DNA from: Euprymna scolopes
Taxonomy: Eukaryota
Assembly (NCBI GenBank): GCA_053919585.1
Contig: CM132805.1
Reading direction: 5' to 3' (one strand)
DNA: 64,000 bases
Position numbers and translations under genes: made by a program. Positions 1 to 10,170 of the stretch are shown in pieces (position 1 is the stretch's first letter; the number at the start of each line of letters is the position of its first letter). The notes beneath the pieces were generated by a model. It did no database searches, was not told the origin of the DNA, and worked only from the letters and a program-made list of their open reading frames with translations.

Positions 1-169
1 TCACCTCTTCCCAGCCATGAAGTTGTTTTTGAAAGGAAAGCGTTCCCCAGATTATGCAGCCTTGATTTCTGGAAGTCACGTCATGGGCTCTCTCTCTACC
101 ATGCTAGAAAGTTATGCCTGAAAGTATCCTCTACCTCTACAAGGCCACGTCATTCATAAATAAAAATTA

Positions 170-305
170 AATGACTTAGAATGACTTTAATAAACTTAAG
201 GATGATTTGAATTACCTTAAGAATGACTTGAATGCTTAAAAATAACTGGAATTCTTCAAAAACAACTTGAATGATCTGGAGAATCACGTGAATGGCTTTG
301 AGACT
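170..305 (+). repeat. Degenerate 21-bp tandem repeat (~6 units)
   Basis: Units aatgactttaataaacttaag / gatgatttgaattaccttaag / aacaacttgaatgatctggag / aatcacgtgaatggctttgag. Confidence 0.65.
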
Positions 306-406
306 GACTGGTTATAAAGTTGGTGATTATTTTACATTAAACTAATACAGAAAAGTGATCCCCCACTTTATATCACAAAGTTACAAACATAAGTACAGCA
401 TGTAGT

Positions 407-449
407 AAGAAAGATACTACACTTTGATCTTGGCCAAAAGGCCAAGAAA
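407..449 (-). pseudogene. U2: U2 snRNA 5'-end fragment, copy 1
   Basis: Reverse complement ttcttggccttttggccaagatcaaagtgtagtatctttctt matches the U2 5' end (TTCTCGGCCTTTTGGCTAAGATCAAGTGTAGTATCTGTTCTT), including the branch-point recognition sequence GTAGTA. Confidence 0.85.
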
Positions 450-451
450 AG

Positions 452-775
452 GGTATTTATTTGCTCCCCCACCAAGCAAATTAGGCACAAGGCCGATTTT
501 TAATGTGAGGAGTAAAGGGGAAATGGGGACCAACTCCCCGGGGAGTAAGGGAGCTGGATAGTGACAATTTGTATAAAGGGTTGCCCCTACACTAACCAAG
601 GTCTTATATGTGGGGTTGGTATTTATTTGCTCCCCCACCGAGCAAATTAGGCACAAGGCCGATTTTTAATGTGAGGAGTGAAGGGGAAATGGGGACCAAC
701 TCCCCGGGGAGTAGGGGAGTTGGATTAGTATGAAGGGTTGCCCCTACATTGACCAAGGTCTTATATGTGGGGTTG
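452..775. repeat. Tandem dimer of a ~160-166 bp hairpin-rich unit
   Basis: ggtatttatttgctccccc starts at 452 and at 618, and the two units are near-identical. Internal palindromes include actccccggggagt and ttgct...agcaa. Confidence 0.9.
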
Positions 776-801
776 TCCCCACATATGGTCTTTGCTTGCC
801 G

Positions 802-843
802 GAACGGATACTACACTTTAATCTTAGCCAAAAGGCCAAGAAA
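802..843 (-). pseudogene. U2: U2 snRNA 5'-end fragment, copy 2
   Basis: Reverse complement ttcttggccttttggctaagattaaagtgtagtatccgttc matches the U2 5' end. Confidence 0.85.
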
Positions 844-857
844 AAGCTTAAAAAGCT

Positions 858-910
858 AAGAACAGCATCTATTAACTACAGACCTTTGATCTTAACCATA
901 AAAGTCAAGC
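858..910 (-). pseudogene. U2: Degenerate third U2 5'-end fragment
   Basis: aagaacag...actaca..ctttgatcttaaccataaaagtcaag aligns, with gaps, to the U2 reverse complement aagaacagatactacacttgatcttagccaaaaggccgag. Confidence 0.5.
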
Positions 911-1139
911 ACAAAAGTGTTACGGACAGACTGACCGACAGATTGACTTGTAGAGTCGCTTGCACATGACTAAAAACGGTCTCCAGAGCTGCATCAAATG
1001 ATGGGAGAAATGCATAACTCTGGGTGGTTCCTATGTAGAGAAAGACTAATAACTGTGCCAAGTTTCGTTGCTCTACTCTTATGGGAAGTGGGTCAGGGAC
1101 ATTACTTATTGCACGCCCCTCATAGCTATTGGTGGTTGA

Positions 1140-1600
1140 GAAGGTTTCTTGTAATTACTGAAGGAAACAAGCTTAGGCTGGGCAGTATTGTATATGACCA
1201 TTCATTTTTGTCCTCATTTCACTACAGATTAAAGGACTTCCTCTAGTTTTTCTGCCATTGCCTTAGATATGTGTTCATTCATTTTTCCCTCTTGCCTGTT
1301 ATATAGCTTGGTGACATTAACAAATATACCTATCTCAGAGACAATTTTATCAGGGAGGTCATTTATGAATATTAGGAAAAATAAAGGTCTAAGGATCGAC
1401 CCCTGAGGTACTACATTTATATCCTATTGTTTAAATGTACGACTGTCGAAGACAACCTGGATTCTTCTCTTATTTAAGAAGGATTTAATTATGTTAAGTA
1501 TTCATCCAATGATACCGTATGATATTATTTTCCTGAGAAAACCATTGTGCCATACCCTGTTAAAAGCCTTAAATATATCTAGGTCTACTGCCCTACCCTC
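1140..1600 (-). mobile_element. Degenerate CR1-group LINE RT fragment
   Basis: Minus-strand remnants of DIxKAFxRVW, PQGS and the YADD region; similar to the copy at 31130-31305. Confidence 0.75.
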
Positions 1601-1622
1601 CCCTGCTTTGTCCAGTGTATGC

Positions 1623-4245
1623 TTTTTTTTTTTTTTTTTTTTTTACAAAGGCATCACCACATTATCAAGGCCCAGAGGCCACTCAAGGATAAGGGTTAAA
1701 GAGTGTACAGTAGAAGTTGGTCAATATAGTAATAATTAGTAATGAAAATTTGGTAAATTTAATAACTTATATGGAACGGCTCATCAAGAACTTATTTACT
1801 TTAGACTTGAACAAAACCATATTGTAGTCAGCCGGAAAGCAGGAAAACGGAAGACAATTCCACAGGCGTGCAGTTCTAAGAAAGAAGCTTTGTTCATGGA
1901 ATCTACGTTTAGGTTTAGGGACAGATAAAGAGTGGGGGAAATTATTGATAGTGTTTACAGCTAGACGAGTGTTTCTTGTGAAAGTTTGGCGAGGGGGGAC
2001 CATAGATTGAAGCTCAGTTGAACACTTTCCATGAAAATAACGATACATCAGAGACAAACTCGCAACATCTCTTCTGTGAGATAGAGGTTGCAAGGAGGAG
2101 AAAAGGACATCTCCTACGAGGCTACGAAGTCTATTTTGAACTCTATCAAGGCAGGCCAAGTCCTTTCTAGCAGCTCCTGCCCAGATGTGGCAACAGTATT
2201 CCATCCTTGGACGTACCTGGCTCTTATATAGATAGAGAATAGCATCAGCAGTGAGATATCTACTGGATCGATAGAAAGATCCCACCATTTTTCCAGCGGC
2301 CTTGGCAACAGATTTGATATACGTGTTCCATTTAAGATCAGGAGTAATGGTCAAGCCCAGAAGCTTGTCAAAACTTGAGGCCTCCTGAAGACGAGAGCCA
2401 TTCATTTCAATTGATGACAAATGTGGATTAGAATGTTGATGATGTAAAGAGAGAAGCTTGGTTTTAGATGCATTAAAAGTAACCAGCCACTCCTTTCCCC
2501 ATTGTACTACGTGCTCAAGATCAGAGGAGAGAGAATTGGAGAGAACTTGCTCGTTTACTGTCTTAGATGTGGTACCATAAATGGTAGTGTCGTCAGCATA
2601 AATGTCTACAAATGATGTAAGGATATGATTTGGAAGATCATTAATGTAGATCAGGAAAAGAGTTGGGCCCAGGATGGATCCCTGAGGGACACCGGCATTA
2701 ATACTGTGAGCTTCTGATTTTTGCCCCTCAACTACTACTCTTATGAACCTATCAGAAAGAAATGATTTAATAATTGAGAAGACTTTTCCAGCTATACCAT
2801 AGCTAGCGATCTTATGAAGTAAACCTTTATGCCATACCCTATCAAAGGCTTTAGATATGTCAAGAGCAATTGCCCTAGAAAGATTGCCACCGTCGAGAGA
2901 TTTGCTAATCCTATGCGATATAACTGTAAGGACATCTGCTGTAGATCTAGCAGAACGGAAACCATATTGAGTGTCACTAAGAAGGTTATTTTTGTTGAGA
3001 TGTTTGATTACTTCTGTATTTAACACAGATTCTAGCAACTTACTCATGACGCACAGGAGACTTATTGGCCTGTACTGAGAGGGGGATGAGCGATCACCTG
3101 AATTCTTAAATACAGGGCATACTGATGAGATTTTCCAGGGAGATGGGAAACTATTCTCCTTAAGACAACGTTTAAACAGTTTTGTAAGTATGGGCGCTAG
3201 TTCAGGTTGAAGTTTTTTGAGTACTATAATTGGAATACCATCAGGGCCAGTTGCTTTACTGGAATCAAGGTTTTTGATTAGCTTGGCAACATCACGTACA
3301 GATATACGTATATCACGTAGCGTGTTTTCTGATACAAGAGGAAATATTGGGGGTTGGCGGTCTTGGTCGCAAAGGGTAGAATTAGCTGCAAAGTTCTTGA
3401 CAAAGAGTTTGGCTTTGTCTGATGCTGACGAGATTACCTCAGGTCCATTGATAATAGTTGGGATGGAGCACACGCTTCTGTTCAGGATTCTGTTTGCTAT
3501 TTGCCAAAACTGGTGGGAACCAAGCCGCTGCTCAGCTACTTTGGACTTAACAGATTGAGCATATAACTCTCTTGCGTTCCTTATTATTTTCTTACAATGG
3601 TTGCTGGCAGTCCTGAAAACGGCTTTAGTTTCCATACATCTATTACGTTTGAAGCAGTGGAAAAAGTGATTTCTGTGCGCAATGGCAGCAGCACATTCTG
3701 GAGAGAACCATGGCTGGCTGTTAGGTTTTTGCTGAAACTTTTTAGAGGGTATGAAATGGTCAATACCTACAATTAACCATTCAGTTAGGTCTAATACTAT
3801 AGAGGACACATCCTTTTTAAACATGGAATGCAGAGGTAGATCAGATATAAATGTACGGAAGCTATCCCAGTCAGCCTTAGTGTATCGATATACTGTACGA
3901 TGAAGAGGTACGTCTGGGGACTTATTACATTTAATTTTTATCTTAATTGATACAACAGAGTGGTCGGAAGATCCAAGAGGCGACAGAACAGAAACTGAAC
4001 ATAGTTCAGGGCAAGTTGTGAGAAAAAGGTCTAGTAGGCTCGCATACTGGCCGTCATTATCGGGCACACGGGTAGGTTCCTGAACAATCTGAGTGAGGTC
4101 ATAGGCAATGGAGAAATCATGACAGAACCTCCCCTCATCATCGGTCTTGTTTGAGTGGGTCAACCATTCGACGTTGTGAACATTGAAGTCTCCACATACG
4201 TGAATGTTAGCTGAAGGATAAGTAGAAAGGACTTGGTCAATATCC
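1623..4245 (-). mobile_element. Young 5'-truncated non-LTR retrotransposon, CR1 group (CR1/L2/Crack-Daphne-like)
   Basis: Poly(A) tail (T-run 1623-1644), 3'UTR shared with copies at 31820-31880 and 59655-59720, uninterrupted ORF2, truncated inside the endonuclease domain. Confidence 0.95.
1767..4244 (-). CDS. LINE ORF2: C-terminal part of APE endonuclease plus reverse transcriptase (5'-truncated, no true start)
   Basis: The frame is open upstream of the annotated ORF (DIDQVLSTYPSANIHVCGDFNVHN). Motifs: SDH, YRPISLL, QYGFR, LDISKAFDRV, GVPQGSILGP, YADD, MEYCCHIW, RTARLWNCLP. Confidence 0.93.
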   Translation of the reverse strand, partial: DIDQVLSTYPSANIHVCGDFNVHNVEWLTHSNKTDDEGRFCHDFSIAYDLTQIVQEPTRVPDNDGQYASLLDLFLTTCPELCSVSVLSPLGSSDHSVVSIKIKIKCNKSPDVPLHRTVYRYTKADWDSFRTFISDLPLHSMFKKDVSSIVLDLTEWLIVGIDHFIPSKKFQQKPNSQPWFSPECAAAIAHRNHFFHCFKRNRCMETKAVFRTASNHCKKIIRNARELYAQSVKSKVAEQRLGSHQFWQIANRILNRSVCSIPTIINGPEVISSASDKAKLFVKNFAANSTLCDQDRQPPIFPLVSENTLRDIRISVRDVAKLIKNLDSSKATGPDGIPIIVLKKLQPELAPILTKLFKRCLKENSFPSPWKISSVCPVFKNSGDRSSPSQYRPISLLCVMSKLLESVLNTEVIKHLNKNNLLSDTQYGFRSARSTADVLTVISHRISKSLDGGNLSRAIALDISKAFDRVWHKGLLHKIASYGIAGKVFSIIKSFLSDRFIRVVVEGQKSEAHSINAGVPQGSILGPTLFLIYINDLPNHILTSFVDIYADDTTIYGTTSKTVNEQVLSNSLSSDLEHVVQWGKEWLVTFNASKTKLLSLHHQHSNPHLSSIEMNGSRLQEASSFDKLLGLTITPDLKWNTYIKSVAKAAGKMVGSFYRSSRYLTADAILYLYKSQVRPRMEYCCHIWAGAARKDLACLDRVQNRLRSLVGDVLFSSLQPLSHRRDVASLSLMYRYFHGKCSTELQSMVPPRQTFTRNTRLAVNTINNFPHSLSVPKPKRRFHEQSFFLRTARLWNCLPFSCFPADYNMVLFKSKVNKFLMSRSI

Positions 4246-4801
4246 GTTCAGAGATTCCACTTGGGATATCTGCTGTAGAACAGGCGTGTCTAAATCCATA
4301 TTGTTAGTTGGTCAGAAGTTACCCAATTGTAAGGTGATTAGAGCTTGATTTATTATGGACTCAAATATTTTGGCAAAGAGAGGGAGGAGCTAATGGGGTG
4401 ATATGCAGATTGTCATAAAATGTTATATTTATTTATTTTGTAAAAGGCATAAATCGTTCCAGTGGTATTTCTTGAAATTTTTTCCAGTTCCAGATACGTC
4501 TTAATTACAAGATTCCTGCTAGCTTCTTTTGAAATTTTCATAAATGACATCCTTGTTATGGAACTTGACATAACAAGATAACAGACGCATGAATGTGCAA
4601 ATAATTTTATCTAAACAGTAATAATTACAGAAAATGTTCACTTTATATGCTAGATTCAAAGGCTAGGATACATCCACTGCAAACTACTCTTAGACAAACT
4701 TAAAATTCAGTAAAGGAAATCTATGCAGTGTTTTAAGAAGTCGTATTCTTCCCTGACTATCTGATTCTTACCGCTGAGTGTTTTTTTTTCTTTATTCAAT
4801 A

Positions 4802-5480
4802 CTAGCTGAAGTACCCAACATTGCCCAGGTGTTTGGAAGTGTAAAAGAAAAAAAAAGTGTTAGCAGTCAGGCAGGCTTTAACCCGTGACACGGTAAGGCG
4901 AAGACGGAAAAGAAAGTGAAAGAAAACTTGACATCTTACCGCTACGCTATGAGGGCATAGGAAGGGAAAAGCATTCAAATTTAACGACGTCAATCAAAAA
5001 GTTGTTGCTAAGTGAATGAGTTCATGCAGGTGCAGAAATGAAGGTTGGCTGAAGGCCAGTTCAGCTTTCCGCCATTTCATTCATTTGTTTCCCCAAGATG
5101 TTGGGGAAAACCAGCTCCCCATAAAAAGGGAGTGTCCAAATGATTAGCAATTGTCTGATATGAGGGGTTCCCCCACATTGATCAAAACTAATTACTTTCT
5201 GAACGTCCTTGCAGAAAAGCCGGAAAGCTGCATTTGCTTTCAATTAGTTTCACTTTTATACAAAAAAAAAACATGAACAAACATGCGAGAGGATGGAATA
5301 GCGTGAATTTTATAAAAGTCTATCAAAATAAATCTAGATACAACGTCCTTCCGCAAATTGTAGATATTATAATCTAGGGAGTATATAAAAACTTCTAAAA
5401 CATAGTAGAACCCCCACGGAAAAAGCCCTTGCTGGACATACAAAAATGCACACGCCCATTTTGCCTTTTATATATACAGA
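4802..5480 (-). mobile_element. Non-autonomous Helitron
   Basis: Minus strand begins A|TCTGTATATATAAAA and ends in a hairpin plus CTAG|T. Similar to 16090-16554. Confidence 0.65.
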
Positions 5481-5799
5481 TTACAAACAAAAGATAATCT
5501 GATTATCAAGTTACATTTTATGATTTTGTCTGGATTAAAAAAAATATGTCTGGTCATAAGTTTCAGGAAAATAGGTGTTGTACATGTAATTGAGTTTTGA
5601 GAGAAGGAGTGTATTGGGAAGGGGCTTATTCACTCAATAGCAACAGCAGCAAGAAGTAGGAGGCTGTCAGCAATAACACACTTCAACTAGAAACATTGAT
5701 CTGGACAATAGTTCAAAGAGAAATCAATTTAAATCATCTGGGTTGCTACATCTATCACTAATCTCTCATTCTAAACAGAGCCCAAAAAGAAATTTTAAA

Positions 5800-6190
5800 T
5801 CTAAAAGGTACAGCACAATCGGTCAGCTCTAACTTCTGTCCCATCGTTGCAATGTTGCATTCCTGTGTCTATTTTACATGTATTTTAATGGAATGGGCTT
5901 TGATAAACTCATAGAACTTGTGCCCTTTTAAACCGATAAGCAACAAAATTCCACCCCTTGATTGTTGAGGCTCCTATATGCCTGAAAACTTTCTACTCTA
6001 ATAGTTTCTTCCCTCAAACTGCTAGATTTTGGAATTCCCTCCACGTTTCCTTACTGACAGAAGTTTAAATGTACTGTGAACAGACATCTCGCTACTCAAC
6101 ATTACATAATCCCCCCCCTCCCGTGAGAAAGGATCCCAAGTAGTAGCTCCTTACATTTCAAGTGGAAATATGCCCTGTTTGAGATAAAAA
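5800..6190 (+). mobile_element. CR1-group LINE 3' fragment
   Basis: HRCNVAFLCLFYMYFNG and SFFPQTARFWNSL motifs. Confidence 0.7.
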
Positions 6191-6454
6191 GAGTACAATA
6201 ATAATAATAATAAAAATAATAATAATAAATTCTTGAATGTGGACACTAACACACATGAGCCACCTGCACGGGCCAGGCAAACTGCTGCAGAGGTAGAGCA
6301 TGAAGCACTACACGGAACCAAGAACATTGAAGTGGCATACCAATAAGTCCTCTACTCCGCCATCCCCCCATGACCACACCACCGTCCCCCACTCCAAAAA
6401 AGAGTAAGACCGAGGAGCGCACTGACCAGACCCCCACTGGACAAATACAAAGAG

Positions 6455-6650
6455 AACTGAAACCTTGAGGAGGCTTATTGCCACTCAAATTTCAGTGAAG
6501 ACCAATGGCTGGTGCCAGTAAGAAATCAATGGTAAGCGGCTGTTGGGATAATGCAAACTCATTTGCAAATGTTATCGAAAGAGGTGGAGAGTACTGGAAA
6601 CTTGGGGAGACTTATTGTCACTCAGCTTCTAGGGAACACCACAGGTTTTT
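6455..6650 (+). mobile_element. Duplicated short motif resembling R4/Dong-type non-LTR 3' ends, near (TAA)n tracts
   Basis: cttgaggaggcttattgccactca (6464) and cttggggagacttattgtcactca (6601), with TAA repeats at ~6198-6228 and ~6700. The family assignment is from memory only. Confidence 0.3.
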
Positions 6651-7459
6651 ATCATGGAGAGATCTTTGAAAACCCATGTGAAAGCTTCTTGTGAGCCAAC
6701 AATAATAATTCGTTATTCTAAAAATTAAGACTAAAAAAATCAAACAAATATTTTTCATGTTAATTCTTTATGAATAGCGATGTGTCATTTATTGTAATGA
6801 AACTTTGCATCTTTATATATTTTTTAATTATTTCTAATTGAAACTGGTTTGATTATGTTGGATTTTTTTTCTCCAAGTCTTAATTTGATTCATTTCTCGA
6901 CAAGGGAGAGATATCTTTTGTGGTCAAGTGATTGTTAATTAAATTTAAAAAAAAAAAGAAGTTTTTCTTTATCTGAATTAATTTGTGTCATCTTGCAAAT
7001 TAGGAATGTCAACAATTTTGACCAGCGATATTTATTTATACAAACCTTATTGGCTTCATATGTGCAGACATGATTATGTTCTCTTTGGAGAAGCTGATAA
7101 ATTAATATACTATGGTTACACTCTGTTATTGAGCACTTTTTAATAAACACCGAGGTTTTAGTGGATTTGCATCTAGGAAACTACGACTATCTATATGCCT
7201 ATAAAGTTAAGTTTTTGTCTCGCTCTGACATTTTTAGTAAAAGCCTACTTTTTCTATTTAAAAAGTATTAAAACGATCTTCTTAACTAATTTGCATATTA
7301 CTTTGAAAACAGAACATCATTATTTAATCATTCATTTTTATGGTTTTTTATTAGAAGATTGGTTCAATTTACCTATTATGCTTAATTCAATTTATCCATA
7401 GTTTCTATATTGTTGATAATTGCATAGAATCTAGGATGAAAACGTTCTAGCACACAGAC

Positions 7460-7503
<44 letters not shown>

Positions 7504-7699
7504 ATATATAATATTTTGATTGCAGAAAATCCCCTCTGAACCAAAGTACCGTAGGTTTGCAACAACATATACCACATACAAATTAATTATGTCTGGACTA
7601 TTAGTCACTGTCTTAGGTAACTTTAGATCGACATTTTAGACAGTCGTTATAATAACATCCTACATTTCATCCTAGGAGCAACATCATCACAATCACAGC

Positions 7700-8000
7700 C
7701 ATCTATAGATGAAGTAGTTCGTATTTTTCCTCCTGCTTCCCCCAGTCAGTATCAGGAAGAAATATACACATTATACATATATTGTCCTTACACTCTTCGT
7801 AACTGGATCATAAACTCATAGACATAATATAATCTTTCCCTTTTCCGATTCCAATATAATAAAGTCTCCTCAGACTAATTCCGTTCATTCTTATTGGCTG
7901 AGCTCTGACCATTCCTATATCCCGAATCAACGGTATTCGCATGCTAAAATAAGGCTAATGCACCATTTGGCATCGCAGTGATACCTGTTTTTGCCCTCTG
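7700..8000 (-). mobile_element. Highly degenerate RTE-like LINE 3' remnant
   Basis: Weak minus-strand resemblance to RTE C-terminal motifs (RMLRIPW, GxIxGKR). Confidence 0.35.
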
Positions 8001-8274
8001 AGTAAAGTGCTGTGTCCATTTTTTTTTTTAAATTTTACGTTGTCAACAATATCTTCACCAGTTTGTATTTCCTTTCTCTCTCTCCCTCTCTATCTCTCTT
8101 TGTATATATTCTTCCCAACTCTCTTTCTTGCTCGCTCTTTCTGGGCCTTGATTGCTTTTTACATTTCTTTTTATGCCGAAGAAAAAACACATTTCGCAGC
8201 GTTGCTGAAGAAAAAACGACAAAGATTTATTTCCTCTCTCTTTCGCCTGCTCACTTTGTAAATTTGCTCCAGTA

Positions 8275-9910
8275 ATTAATTATATTTTTTTCAAACATAG
8301 TTACGTTTTATTTAAATCTACTTGATTTCAATATACTTTATTTAAACGTACGCAATCTATTACGATCATTGCCGTTTTAAAAACAAATGTTTCGGCAATA
8401 TCATCTACTAGATTCGTACTTACGTTGTTTAAATTTAATGATTTTTTTAATATATGTGAAATAATCACATTTTATAGTTAACTATATTTTATGTTTATTT
8501 TTTCCAGTCCTCTTATAATAAAAATATATAAAAATACATAAATTTGTTTATCAATTGATTTTTTAATCGCATATCCTTTCAAATAACAATGCTTATTTAA
8601 GTTAATATATTATATTTTGTCAAACTGTTTAGATATTTTAAAAATATATTTATTTACAGAAACATGAACAGAAAACAATGAATGTGTCACATTTTTTTTT
8701 ACAGTTTTAGCACTTTTAAAAAGATAAATGCGAAATAGAAAATAGTTGAACTATTTTACAATGTGAATATTTCACATATGTTAAAAACATTAAATTAAAA
8801 AAACATAAGTATGAATCCAATAGATGATATTGCCGAAACATTTATGTGTAAATCGGCGTCGATCGTAATAGACTGCGCAGGTTTTAATAAAGTATATTCA
8901 AATAAGTATATTTAAATAAGTATATTCAAATAAGTATATTCAAATAAGTATATTCAAATAAGTATATTTAAATAAGTATATTCAAATAAGTATATTCAAA
9001 TAAGTATATTCAAATAAGTATATTTAAATAAGTATATTCAAATAAGTATATTTAAATAAGTATATTCAAATAAGTATATTTAAATAAGTATATTCAAATA
9101 AGTATATTCAAATAAGTATATTCAAATAAGTATATTTAAATAAGTATATTCAAATAAGTATATTCAAATAAGTATATTCAAATAAGTATATTCAAATAAG
9201 TATATTCAAATAAGTATATTTAAATAAGTATATTCAAATAAGTATATTTAAATAAGTATATTCAAATAAGTATATTCAAATAAGTATATTTAAATAAGTA
9301 TATTCAAATAAGTATATTCAAATAAGTATATTTAAATAAGTATATTCAAATAAGTATATTTAAATAAGTATATTCAAATAAGTATATTTAAATAAGTATA
9401 TTTAAATATACTTATTTAAATATATTTATTTAAATAAGTATATTTAAATAAGTATATTCAAATAAGTATATTTAAATAAGTATATTCAAATAAGTATATT
9501 TAAATAAGTATATTCAAATAAGTATATTCAAATAAGTATATTTAAATAAGTATATTCAAATAAGTATATTTAAATAAGTATATTTAAATATACTTATTTA
9601 AATATATTTATTTAAATAAGTATATTTAAATAAGTATATTCAAATAAGTATATTTAAATAAGTATATTTAAATAAGTATATTTAAATAAGTATATTCAAA
9701 TAAGTATATTTAAATAAGTATATTCAAATAAGTATATTTAAATAAGTATATTCAAATAATTATATTCAAATAAGTATATTTAAATAAGTATATTCAAATA
9801 AGTATATTCAAATAAGTATATTCAAATAAGTATATTCAAATAAAGTGCATAAAAAACGTACGTTTGAAAACACAAAAACAAAACGTAAATATGTTTAAAA
9901 CATATATTAA
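8275..9910. mobile_element. Foldback/MITE-like element with long inverted arms; right arm expanded by a minisatellite
   Basis: aaatgtttcggcaatatcatcta (~8385) is the inverse of tagatgatattgccgaaacattt (8821). The arm match resumes after the array (aaaacgtaaatatgttt ~9880 vs aaacatagttacgtttt ~8293). Confidence 0.7.
8888..9843. repeat. 14-bp minisatellite (aaataagtatatt[c/t]), roughly 65-68 units
   Basis: Direct inspection; short inverted units at ~9407 and ~9588. Confidence 0.97.
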
Positions 9911-10049
9911 CAAAAAATATCTTAATATTTTTCCCTAATACGTAATCCTTCTAGCGAACCTGAGAATTTTTCTGTCAAACTTGGAAATCTGAGTGGAATT
10001 TCGAACTGAATCCTTCATTCAATCCACAGGAGTAACATACTCTCGTTCA

Positions 10050-10170
10050 ATCAGTCATGACTGGGTAGAAATTCAGTTGTAAGTTTTATTATTCTGAAAG
10101 TTGAAGGTTCAATCCTCAGTACGGCCGACATTCAAAATACAATCGCAAATTATTTAAGACTTCTACCTAA
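10050..10170 (+). repeat. Dispersed repeat (second copy ~53752-53850) with a B-box-like ggttcaatcc
   Basis: aaagttgaaggttcaatcctcagt...aattatttaagacttctac vs aaagttgaacgttcaatccacagt...aattatttaggacttctat. Confidence 0.55.

Larger units (their letters stand above)
140..975. mobile_element. Non-autonomous Helentron-like (HINE/DINE-1-type) element carrying U2 snRNA fragments
   Basis: Interrupts the mariner at an A-run. Starts near acaag, contains internal tandem repeats and a GAC(A/C)-type microsatellite (923-950), and ends in a stem-loop agtcgcttgcacatgact plus aaaaa. Family assignment is inferred from this architecture. Confidence 0.55.
1..1122 (+). mobile_element. Mariner transposon 3' remnant, split by an insertion at ~140-975
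   Basis: 1-140 reads HLFPAMKLFLKGKR (mariner HLFxxLKxxLxGKRF). 976-1050 reads GLQSCIK*WEKCITLGGSYVEKD* (mariner C-terminus). It ends in a TIR-like acttattgcacgcccctca followed by TA at 1123-1124. Confidence 0.7.

Noticed and set aside
407-449. Functional U2 snRNA gene
   Set aside because: Only ~45 nt are present; the Sm site and 3' stem-loops are absent.
3121-3135. CTGATGA as a hammerhead core (also at ~61071)
   Set aside because: It lies within LINE coding sequence and lacks stem II and GAAA at the proper spacing.
8888-9843. CRISPR-like array (also considered for 12407-12622, 24197-24313 and 54555-55393)
   Set aside because: Units are contiguous with no unique spacers, the context is eukaryotic, and there are no cas genes.
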